A model generated the notes under the pieces. That model saw only the letters and a program-made list of their open reading frames with translations. It made no database searches and had not been told where the DNA came from. 62,944 nucleotides of DNA from the NCBI GenBank assembly GCA_044222475.1, contig JBGANF010000039.1:1-62944 (forward strand), read 5' to 3'. A program made the position numbers and the translations under genes. Of the stretch, positions 1-8,198 are shown piece after piece. Positions within the stretch are counted from its first letter, which is position 1; each line of letters opens with the position of its first letter. The stretch is from Polyangiaceae bacterium. Lineage in GTDB: Bacteria > Myxococcota_A > Polyangia > Polyangiales > Polyangiaceae.

Positions 1-109
1 GCAGCCCCCGTTCCGGTCAGCGACTTGCGGAGCAAGTCGTCTGACCGCGTGGGGTGAGGGTGCGCAGCACCCGAGGGCGATGCAATCGCCCTTTGTTAAG
101 TGAACTAGG

Positions 110-312
110 CCAGCGTCTCGCAACTCGCTTCCGATGCGAAGCACCGCCCGAAGTCTCGTTCGTACCTCGACTCGAAGCACCGCCAGCGCATCGCAACTCA
201 CTCCCGATGCGAAGCACCCTCCCAGTCTCGCCCTGACCCAGAAGCAGAGCACCCTCCGCAGTCTCGCCCTCTCACCGATGCGAAGCACCCTCCGAAGTCT
301 CGTCCCAACCCT
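110..312. repeat. Degenerate tandem repeat, ~36-bp period, 5 full units plus a partial one
   Basis: Units start at 132, 168, 205, 239 and 276; consensus CGATGCGAAGCACCCTCCNNAGTCTCG plus a variable 8-11-nt tail. Confidence 0.8.
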
Positions 313-328
313 GGCGCGAAGATCCGAC

Positions 329-370
329 AAAAAAACGAAAGGGACAGCCGGTCATCGGCTGCCCCTTTCG
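329..370 (-). terminator. Rho-independent terminator of the 418..1302 gene
   Basis: Stem CGAAAGGGACAGCCG / CGGCTGCCCCTTTCG (336-370) with an A7 tract at 329-335, a U-tract on the minus strand. Confidence 0.85.
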
Positions 371-417
371 GGACGAGTTGGAGGAGAGAGGAGAGAGAGA
401 CGAAAGGTAAGGTCGGA

Positions 418-1302
418 TCAGAAGTAGAACGTCATGCCTGCGGTGACGAGCGCGCCACCGGAGGTGTTGGTCGTGCGACCCGTCGTCGCGTCGCGGAACT
501 CGGGGTCGAACTTCGCGTCGGCGTCGGTGCGGCCGCGGATGAAGCCGCGTACGTCGATGTTGAACGCGATCGTGCGCGACATGCGGTACTCGAGGCCCAC
601 GCCGGCCATACCGCCGAAGTAGGCGTACTTCTTGTCGCTCCACGACGCGTCCCAGTAGTCGTTGCTGACGTTCGCGAGCGACCAGCCCATCCCACCGAGG
701 AGGTAGAACTGCGCGCGCGACTGCGGGTTCACGAAGATGAGGCCGGCGACGCTGAACGCCGTCTCGTTGCGGGCGAGCCCGTTGTAGTCACGGCCGAAGA
801 CGAAGTCGACGCCGCCTTCGACGCCGAGCCACGGGAGCGGCTTGTAGCGGAGACCGGCGCCGAGGCCGCCCATCCCGCCACCATTGCGCGCGCCACCGAA
901 CGCCGCCGCGTCGAGACGAAGGTTGATGCCCCACTCGCTCTGGCGGTACGGAAGCGTCTGCGGACGCGAGTACACCGGCCGGTAGTACGGCTGCGGGACG
1001 TAGTACGTCGGCGGCGGCGACGGCTGGTAGATCACCACCGGCGGCGGCGGCGGCGCGACGACCGGCGGGGGAGCAACCACTGGCGGCGGCGCCTGCTGGA
1101 TGATCACCGGCGGCGGCGCGACGGGCGGAGGCAGCGGTTGAAGCGCACCACCACCACCCACGGTCACCGTGGCGCTGCCCTGCACTTGCGCGTCCGCACA
1201 GAACCAGCTCCCAGGGGGACAGGTCTGAGCAGCCGCGACGCTTGCCGTGGCGAAGGTCAGCGCGAAAGCGGAAACGGAAAGGGTCTTGCGGAACGTCGTC
1301 AT
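418..1302 (-). CDS. Outer-membrane beta-barrel protein with Pro-rich N-terminal region
   Basis: Signal peptide (ASVAAA-Q), Pro/Val-rich linker, amphipathic beta-strands, C-terminal TFYF beta-signal; ATG at 1302. Confidence 0.75.
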   Translation of the reverse strand: MTTFRKTLSVSAFALTFATASVAAAQTCPPGSWFCADAQVQGSATVTVGGGGALQPLPPPVAPPPVIIQQAPPPVVAPPPVVAPPPPPVVIYQPSPPPTYYVPQPYYRPVYSRPQTLPYRQSEWGINLRLDAAAFGGARNGGGMGGLGAGLRYKPLPWLGVEGGVDFVFGRDYNGLARNETAFSVAGLIFVNPQSRAQFYLLGGMGWSLANVSNDYWDASWSDKKYAYFGGMAGVGLEYRMSRTIAFNIDVRGFIRGRTDADAKFDPEFRDATTGRTTNTSGGALVTAGMTFYF

Positions 1303-1510
1303 GTCCTTGGTGCCTCCAAGCACGCACCCTCAGTCTAAGCAACCTGGGTGCCAGGAGCCATCCCATGGAACTCCATGGAAAACGGGGGGTGGGTCGGGAT
1401 GTGTCATCGTTCGTTCACGGTAGGAGGGGAACGCCCGTCGATTCCAGTTCTTACGGCAGGCCCGGCCCACGGCCCCCACACCTGAACGGGCATGAGGTAT
1501 AGGAGGCAGA

Positions 1511-2716
1511 GTGACGTCCGCTGTCCCCGTAGCCACAGTGCGCCTAAAGCCCGGCCACGTCCAACCCGTTTGGGCCGGGCACCCCTGGGTGTACGCCCAG
1601 GCCGTGGAGCGCGTCGAGGGAGGCGCGACCGCGGGCGACGAAGTCCGCGTCGTCGACCCGCGAGGCAACTTCCTCGGACGAGGGTTCTACTCGCCCGGCT
1701 CGGCGATCCCGGTGCGCATCCTCGTCCGGGACGAAGCGCCACGCATCGACGGGCACTTCTTCCACGCGCGCATTGCTCGCGCGGAGGCGGCACGTCGTGC
1801 GTTCGGTCTGCCGAGCCCGGACACGAACGGCTACCGCGTCGTGCACTCCGAAGGCGACGAGCTCCCCGGTTTGATCGTCGATCGCTTCGACGACGTGCTC
1901 GTCATCCAGCTCCTCACCTTCGGCATGAAGGTGCGCGAGAGCTTGATCCTCCAAGCTCTCGTCGACGTGCTGCGTCCCCGCACGATCCTCGATCGCACGC
2001 CCGAGACGGTGAAGAAGCTCGAGCGCTTCGATCCGGGCAAGGGCGTCGTCCTCGGCGACGAGGTGAGCGAGCTCGTCTTCCTCGAGCGCCGACTGCGCTA
2101 CCGCCTGCCGCTCGACATCGGTCAGAAGACCGGCTTCTACTTCGATCAGCGCGGGCTGCGCGCGCGGGTCGAGGAGCTGGCCCACGGTCGCACCGTCCTC
2201 GATGCGTACAGCTTCATCGGACCGTTCGCGCTCGCTGCCGCGCGCGGAGGCGCCAAGGAGGTCATCGCCGTCGATCAGAGCGGAACCGCGCTCGAGGTCG
2301 GCGCCGAGTGCGCGCGCCTGAACGGCCTCGAGGGGAAGATCCAGTTCCTCCGCGAGGACGCCAAGAACGCCCTCGCCGACGCGGGCAAGAGCGGCGGGCG
2401 CGATCTCGTCCTCCTCGACCCGCCGCGGCTCGCGCCGACGCGCGGGTCTCGCGAGAATGCGCTCGTGGCGTACGCTCGGGTCGCCGAGGCGGGTTGCCGC
2501 GCGACCAAGCCCGGCGGGATCCTGGTGCTGTCGTCGTGCTCGGCCGCCGTCGATCTCGCGGCGCTCACGCGCGCGCTGGCCACCGGCGCGCTTCGCGCGA
2601 ACCGTCAGGCCGTCGTCGTCGAGCGAAGCTTCCAAGGGCACGATCATCCGGCGCTCTCGGCGCACGGCGAGGGGCTCTACCTCAAGAGCGTGATCGCGCG
2701 GGTGGAGAAGCGCTGA
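1511..2716 (+). CDS. rlmI: RlmI-like class I SAM-dependent rRNA methyltransferase (PUA domain)
   Basis: GHPWVY, SEGDELPGLIVDRF, GQKTGFYFDQR, LDPP and YLK motifs; AGGAGG RBS before the GTG. Confidence 0.85.
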   Translation: MTSAVPVATVRLKPGHVQPVWAGHPWVYAQAVERVEGGATAGDEVRVVDPRGNFLGRGFYSPGSAIPVRILVRDEAPRIDGHFFHARIARAEAARRAFGLPSPDTNGYRVVHSEGDELPGLIVDRFDDVLVIQLLTFGMKVRESLILQALVDVLRPRTILDRTPETVKKLERFDPGKGVVLGDEVSELVFLERRLRYRLPLDIGQKTGFYFDQRGLRARVEELAHGRTVLDAYSFIGPFALAAARGGAKEVIAVDQSGTALEVGAECARLNGLEGKIQFLREDAKNALADAGKSGGRDLVLLDPPRLAPTRGSRENALVAYARVAEAGCRATKPGGILVLSSCSAAVDLAALTRALATGALRANRQAVVVERSFQGHDHPALSAHGEGLYLKSVIARVEKR

Positions 2717-2717
2717 A

Positions 2718-3515
2718 ATGCGTCCGCTCTCCGCGCTGACGAAGGCCGAAGCTCGCGGGCTCGTCGGGCTGTTGTTCGACCTCGACGACACGCTGCTCAG
2801 CCACGGCCGTTTGACTCGAGAGGCGTACGACGCGCTGTGGAGCTTGCAGGATGCGAAGATCCGGCTCGTCGCCGTCACGGGGCGCCCCTCGGGCTGGGGT
2901 GAGGTCATCGTTCGCCAGTGGCCGATCGACGCGGCCGTCACCGAGAACGGCGCGATCGTCCTTCACCGCGAGGGCAACACGGTGCGCGCGCTCGACGGCG
3001 TCGGCGACGAAGAGCGTCGTTCGCGACGGGTGCGCCTCGCGCGCATCGTCGAGGCGGCGCGACTCGCCGTGCCCGAGGTGCGCCTCACCGACGACGTCGG
3101 CGCGCGGCGGGCCGACGTCACGTGGGACGTCGGCGAGAGCATGCGCGTCCCGGCTGATCGCGTCGCCCTCCTCGAGAAGGTGATCGTCGAGCACGGCGCG
3201 CGGACGACGCGCTCGAGCGTCCACGTCCACGCGACCTTCGACGGTGACGACAAGGCGAGCGGCGCGGTGCGGTTCCTCACGCGGTTCCTCGGCGAGGACG
3301 CCGGCGCGGCCCGTACGAGGTGGGCGTTCATCGGCGACAGCGGCAACGATCGCCCGTGCTTCTCCGCGTTCCGGACGACGTTCGGCGTGGCCAACGTCGA
3401 GGCGAGCATCGGGTCGCTCGCCGTCCCACCGAGGTACGTCGCCAGCGCGCCGATGGGCGCCGGGTTCGCCGAGGTCGCCGCCGCGATCCTCGAGGCGCGC
3501 GACGTCAGCGGATGA
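2718..3515 (+). CDS. HAD-superfamily hydrolase (subfamily IIB-like)
   Basis: DLDDTL motif I, VTGR motif II, ENGA, K, and GDSGND motif IV. Confidence 0.85.
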   Translation: MRPLSALTKAEARGLVGLLFDLDDTLLSHGRLTREAYDALWSLQDAKIRLVAVTGRPSGWGEVIVRQWPIDAAVTENGAIVLHREGNTVRALDGVGDEERRSRRVRLARIVEAARLAVPEVRLTDDVGARRADVTWDVGESMRVPADRVALLEKVIVEHGARTTRSSVHVHATFDGDDKASGAVRFLTRFLGEDAGAARTRWAFIGDSGNDRPCFSAFRTTFGVANVEASIGSLAVPPRYVASAPMGAGFAEVAAAILEARDVSG

Positions 3516-4305
3516 TCGGGTCGCAGTTGTTGAACTGCACGGTGGTGTCGATCCGGAAATGCGACTCGGTCGTGTGGCGCTCGGCGCTGAAGACGACGAG
3601 CGGGTAAGTCTTCCCCTTCACGATGCCGAGCTTGTTGGCGTCGGCGTCCAGGTCGACGGTGGCGGTCTCGGCGCCGTGGACGCCGCCGATGTCGATCGCG
3701 AGCTTGCCGTTGATGAACGTCCAGAGGTCGTCGTCGCCGGTGAACGTGAACACTTCGCCGCCGTCGTACTGGAACGTGGTGTGGAGCTCGAAGGTGAAGT
3801 GGAAGTTGTGGTTGCGCCCTTCGTTGCCGAAGCCGTCGTTGTCGAGCGGGAAGAAGGTCGGGGCGTCGAAGGTGGAGATTCCGTTCTGTCCCTGGACCAT
3901 CGTCAACGTGAAGAGCTTCTTCGCGTTCACGTTCGGCACGTCGCGATACCACTGGTCGAAGTTCGCCTTGCCGGTCGTCGTGGCCGTCGTGCCGCTCGAC
4001 GCGTAGACCGGCTTCTCGTCGACGCCGAGCTGGTTCGTCGTGATCCCGCGGTCGTCCCCGAGGAACTTCTCGAAATCGGGGTGCGTGTCGTGAAAGTCGC
4101 GCAGCACGCCGGTGAGGTTCGGGCCGCAGTTGCCGTCGTTTCCTCCGCCGGTGTCGAACGTCGCGTCACCGAAGGGGTTCCCGCCGTCGCCGATGGGCGC
4201 GCCGTCGCCCCCTTTGCCCCCGTCGGGGAACTCGCTTCCGCCGTCACTCCCGCACGCGGCACAGGCGATCCAAAGGGCGGAGACGAGGTAACCGGCGCGG
4301 CGCAT
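3505..4305 (-). CDS. Fibro-slime (PA14-like) domain lipoprotein
   Basis: Lipobox CAAC; RDF..HPDFE, FFPLD, HNFHFTFE, FTGDDDLW, DIGGVH and ERHTTES motifs. Confidence 0.88.
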   Translation of the reverse strand: MRRAGYLVSALWIACAACGSDGGSEFPDGGKGGDGAPIGDGGNPFGDATFDTGGGNDGNCGPNLTGVLRDFHDTHPDFEKFLGDDRGITTNQLGVDEKPVYASSGTTATTTGKANFDQWYRDVPNVNAKKLFTLTMVQGQNGISTFDAPTFFPLDNDGFGNEGRNHNFHFTFELHTTFQYDGGEVFTFTGDDDLWTFINGKLAIDIGGVHGAETATVDLDADANKLGIVKGKTYPLVVFSAERHTTESHFRIDTTVQFNNCDPIIR

Positions 4306-4334
4306 GATTCATCATGACATGGTAAGAATGGGCC

Positions 4335-5573
4335 ATGCAAAAGGCACCCGAGCTGCTCGCGCTCGCGAAGAAGCGCCTGTACGGAAACTACAAGCCCGCC
4401 CCCTTCGTGGTGGAGCGTGGCCGGGGCTGCGAGGTCTTCGACGTGGACGGGAAGCGCGCCCTCGATCTGATGGCTGGCGTCGCGGTGTCCGCGCTCGGTC
4501 ACGGACACCCGGCGCTCATCGCTGCCATCGCGGAGCAGGCCGCCAAGATCATCCACGTGTCGAACTACTTCTACAACGAGCCTTCGGTTCGGCTCGCCGA
4601 CGAGCTGTGCCGCCGGACTGGCTTCGATCGCGTGTTCTTCTGCAACTCGGGCGCCGAGGCGAACGAGGCGCTCCTCAAGGCCGCGCGGCACCACTTCTTC
4701 GGTCTCGGCGATCCCAAACGCCTACGCATCATCGCGTTCGAGAACGCGTTCCACGGGCGCACGATCGGCGCGCTCTCGATGACCGGCAACCCGAAGTACC
4801 GTGAAGGCTTCGGTGACCTCGGCCCCGTGACCCACGTGCCGTTCGGCGATCTCGCGGCGGTCGCGAAGGCGATCGGGCCCGACGTCGCCGCGGTGATCGC
4901 GGAGCCGATCCAGGGTGAGGGTGGAGTGTACGTCGCCCCTCCGGAGTTCTTCGTCGGTCTCCGCCGGCTCTGCGACGAGCACGGCGCGCTCTTCTTCATC
5001 GACGAGGTGCAGACCGGCATCGGTCGCCTCGGTCGGTTTCTCGGGCACGACGGGTGGGGCGTCCGCGCGGATGCGATCGCTCTCGCCAAGGGCCTCGCGG
5101 GTGGCGTCCCGATCGGGGCCATGCTCACGACCGAGAAGCTCGCCGGCGCGCTGCCGCCGGGAACCCACGGCGCGACCTTCGGCGGGAGCCCGCTCGCGGC
5201 GGCCGCGGCGCTCACGGTGCTCCGCGTCTTGGACGAGGAGAAGCTCGTCGAAGGCGCGCGCACGAAGGGAGAGGTCCTCGGCAAGCGCCTCGCCGCGCTC
5301 GCCGCCGAGTTCCCGTCCATCGTGGAAGGGACGCGGGGCGACGGGTTGCTGCGCGGCCTCGTTCTCAAGCCGGGCATCCTCGCGCGTGACCTGTGCGCAC
5401 GGGTTCAACAGATGGGAGTCCTCGTCACTGCGTCGGGCGAGCGAACGCTGCGGTTCTGTCCACCGCTCGTGGTGAGCATCGACGAGATCGAAGAGGGAAC
5501 TTCGGTCGTTCGAGATGCGCTCGTGGAGCTCGCTGCTCCGATGACCGAGTCGACGGCGCCGATCCAGATCTGA
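4335..5573 (+). CDS. argD: Acetylornithine aminotransferase (class III PLP)
   Basis: LGHGHP, CNSGAEANE, FHGRT, EPIQGEGG, DEVQTGIGR, AKGL (PLP Lys) and HGATFGG. Confidence 0.88.
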   Translation: MQKAPELLALAKKRLYGNYKPAPFVVERGRGCEVFDVDGKRALDLMAGVAVSALGHGHPALIAAIAEQAAKIIHVSNYFYNEPSVRLADELCRRTGFDRVFFCNSGAEANEALLKAARHHFFGLGDPKRLRIIAFENAFHGRTIGALSMTGNPKYREGFGDLGPVTHVPFGDLAAVAKAIGPDVAAVIAEPIQGEGGVYVAPPEFFVGLRRLCDEHGALFFIDEVQTGIGRLGRFLGHDGWGVRADAIALAKGLAGGVPIGAMLTTEKLAGALPPGTHGATFGGSPLAAAAALTVLRVLDEEKLVEGARTKGEVLGKRLAALAAEFPSIVEGTRGDGLLRGLVLKPGILARDLCARVQQMGVLVTASGERTLRFCPPLVVSIDEIEEGTSVVRDALVELAAPMTESTAPIQI

Positions 5574-7858
5574 TGCCTCTGCCGGCGCGCGCCTCGTCGA
5601 ACACGCACCGCTGCCCGGCCTGTGACAAGGAGGTCGACCCCCTGCGCGCCGGGCGCGTCGCGTTCGTCGGCGAGCGCTTCCTCTACTTCTGCGACGCCCG
5701 CTGCAAGACGGCGTACTTCGACGGCGCCGGTGCCACCGCCGCCCCGGCGGTCTCGATCGACGTCCCCACGGCGGAGCCGCCGCCAGTGTCCGCGCCGGCG
5801 CCCGAGCCCGAGTCCGAATCCGAATCCGAGTCCGAGTCCGAGTCCGAGTCCGAGTCCGAGTCCGAGTCCGAGTCCGAGTCCGAGTCCGAATCCGAGCCTC
5901 CGCCCGAGCCGGAGGAGCCGCCGCGATCGATGCCGCTGCGACCTTGGTCGAGCGCGGCGAACGCGATCACCGACACCGACCTCGCGAGCCCGCCCGCCTC
6001 CACGACGACGCTCCGCGCCCGCCGCGCGCGCGCGGTTCCGTCCCTCGTGCTCGCCGTCGGCGTGGTCAGCGGGCTCCTGTCGCTGGGCGCCGCTCTCCTC
6101 GGCGGTGGAGGCGCGGTCCGTGTCGTGCTCGCGATCGTCGCCGTGGCCGCAGCGACGTTGCACGCCGCCCTCGTCCCGCCCGATCCGTCGGAGCCGTGGC
6201 GCCCGGCGCGTCTGCTCCCGTTGTACGGCGCGCTCGCCGTCGCGCTCCACGATCGCGCGACCGAGGGCGGCGGTGGTGCGAACCTCGTCGCGAGCGGTGT
6301 CGGCGCTGCGGCGATGCTGCTCGTGGAGCGGGTGCTCGTACGCACGAAGGCTCAGCTCGAAGCGACGCGCAGTCGAATCGCGCACGGCATTCACGGAACG
6401 GCGACCATGGCGGACGGAACGCACCTCGCGGCCGATGGCGTACGGGCGGGAGACGTGGTCGTCGTCGGCGAAGGCGCAGTCGTCCCGGCCGACGGCATCG
6501 TCGCGTCGGGCGAAGCGGTGGTGAGCCCCTACGTCGACGCGACGATGGATGTACCAAAAAGGGACGGTGACGTCGTCGTCGCGGGAGCACGCGTGCTCCA
6601 GGGGACCCTCCGCATCACGGCGTCTTTCGGGGGCAACGAGCGCGCGTTCGCCCGCGCGCTCGCCGAGCGCGGTCGCGCCGACGTGTCGGCTCCTCTCGTT
6701 CGCATCGCGGCGCGCGGTGCGCGCGAAGGCGGGCTCGTCGTTCTCGGTCTGGTGGCGCTCGCGACGTACGGCGCCGGAGCCACTCTCTGGGCCGCGCTCG
6801 GCAACGGGTTCGCGGCCATGCTCGCCCTCGGCGCCAGCGGGGTGGCCGGCGCGGTCGCGGTCGAGCACGCGCGAGCGCACCTCCGCGCGCTGGGGCACGG
6901 GGTCGTCTATCGGGACGCCGTCACGTTCGAGCGCGCGGGTACGGTGTCGCGCGCCGTCGTCTGTGCGCGAGGCACGTTGCTGTTGGGCGAGCCGGAGATC
7001 CTCGCGGTCGAGCCGTTCGGAGGCACGAACGAAGGCGACGTCGTCGCGCTCGCGGCCGCGATGGCGGCTGGCTGGACGCACCCGTTCGGCGTTGCGCTGC
7101 TCCACTATGCGACGACCCGGGGCGTCCGCGCGCCGTCGTTTCGCTCGGTGCTCCATCAAGGCTCGGGTGCGGTAGCGGTCGACTCCGCCGGGGTCCGCGT
7201 CGTCCTCGGTCGCCGACCGTTCCTGCTCAGCGAAAAGATCAGCGTCGCGATCGCCGACGCCGCCGTCACCGCCCACGAAGAGCAGGGGAGGAGCGTCCTG
7301 CTCGTCGCGCGCGGTGACCGCGTCATCGGCATCGTCGCGATGCAGGATGGTCTCCGAAGCGGGGCGCGCGCGGCGATCCAAAGGCTCCACGACGCGGAGA
7401 TCGAACCCGTGCTCCTCAGCGGCGAGTCCCGCGAGACGTGCGAGATGCTCGGCCGATCGCTCGACATCGACAACCTCCGGCCGGACGTGGCCCGCGGGGA
7501 GCGCGCGCAAGCGGTGCGCTCCCTCGCCGAAGGAGGAGACGTGGTCGCCGTGATCGGCACGCCCGCGCTCGACGAAGAAGCGCTCGGCGCCGCCGACGTT
7601 CCGGTCGCGATCGGCGCGGCGGGGCAGGCGGCCGCGGATCATCCGATCGCGCTGGCGAGCGGTGACGTGCGCGACGCCGTCCTCGCGCTCGTCCTTCCGC
7701 GGATCGCGCGCGAGCGGAGCCGCACCGCGCTCGCGATCGGCGTCGCGCCCGGCGTCGCGTTCGCGCTGGCGCTGTCGTTCGGTCTCTTGTCGCCCGCGGT
7801 GGCGCCGATCGCGCTGCTCCTCGGTGCGTCGCTCGCGATCCTCTATGCGAAGGAGTGA
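5573..7858 (+). CDS. Degenerate P1B-type ATPase homolog with N-terminal YHS/TRASH-like metal motif
   Basis: ATG overlaps the argD stop; CPAC..FCDARC; A, N and P domains recognisable (VPADG, HP, MQDGLRSGA), but TGES, CPC, DKTGT and GDGxND are replaced. Confidence 0.75.
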   Translation: MPLPARASSNTHRCPACDKEVDPLRAGRVAFVGERFLYFCDARCKTAYFDGAGATAAPAVSIDVPTAEPPPVSAPAPEPESESESESESESESESESESESESESESEPPPEPEEPPRSMPLRPWSSAANAITDTDLASPPASTTTLRARRARAVPSLVLAVGVVSGLLSLGAALLGGGGAVRVVLAIVAVAAATLHAALVPPDPSEPWRPARLLPLYGALAVALHDRATEGGGGANLVASGVGAAAMLLVERVLVRTKAQLEATRSRIAHGIHGTATMADGTHLAADGVRAGDVVVVGEGAVVPADGIVASGEAVVSPYVDATMDVPKRDGDVVVAGARVLQGTLRITASFGGNERAFARALAERGRADVSAPLVRIAARGAREGGLVVLGLVALATYGAGATLWAALGNGFAAMLALGASGVAGAVAVEHARAHLRALGHGVVYRDAVTFERAGTVSRAVVCARGTLLLGEPEILAVEPFGGTNEGDVVALAAAMAAGWTHPFGVALLHYATTRGVRAPSFRSVLHQGSGAVAVDSAGVRVVLGRRPFLLSEKISVAIADAAVTAHEEQGRSVLLVARGDRVIGIVAMQDGLRSGARAAIQRLHDAEIEPVLLSGESRETCEMLGRSLDIDNLRPDVARGERAQAVRSLAEGGDVVAVIGTPALDEEALGAADVPVAIGAAGQAAADHPIALASGDVRDAVLALVLPRIARERSRTALAIGVAPGVAFALALSFGLLSPAVAPIALLLGASLAILYAKE
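5810..5896 (+). repeat. (GAGTCC)n hexamer repeat encoding a Glu-Ser linker
   Basis: About 14 GAGTCC/GAATCC units, in frame. Confidence 0.9.
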
Positions 7859-7864
7859 ACGCTC

Positions 7865-8068
7865 TCAAGCCGCGGCGCTGAAGCCGGCGCGCTCGATCGC
7901 GGCGACGAGTGCCTTCTCGTCCACCGACGCTTCGTCGTAGTTGAGCGTCGCCTTGCCGATCTCGACTTTGACGTCCGAGACGCCCGGCTGGCGCGAGAGA
8001 ACGTTCCGTACCGCCGCGACGCATCCGCCGCAGGTCATGCCGGTGATGGTGAAGCTCACGGAGCGCAT
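7865..8068 (-). CDS. copZ: Heavy-metal-associated (CopZ-like) chaperone
   Basis: 67 aa with GMTCGGC and C-terminal IERAGF; ATG at 8068. Confidence 0.85.
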   Translation of the reverse strand: MRSVSFTITGMTCGGCVAAVRNVLSRQPGVSDVKVEIGKATLNYDEASVDEKALVAAIERAGFSAAA

Positions 8069-8198
8069 GCGCCAACGATCCCGCGCCGACGCCCAGGTGT
8101 CGAGGAATTTCAAGCGGTTGCGGGCGAAAATGTCCGAGCCGCTGCCTCTTCGCATCATGCCGGAGAACCAGTAAGCTCCCAGATTCCCCGGAAAATTC

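Noticed and set aside
110..312. CRISPR array
   Set aside because: Repeats are degenerate, the variable parts are only about 10 nt and resemble each other, and there are no cas genes in the window.
5810..5896. Phase-variable SSR in the ATPase-like gene
   Set aside because: The hexamer unit preserves frame; it is a low-complexity linker.
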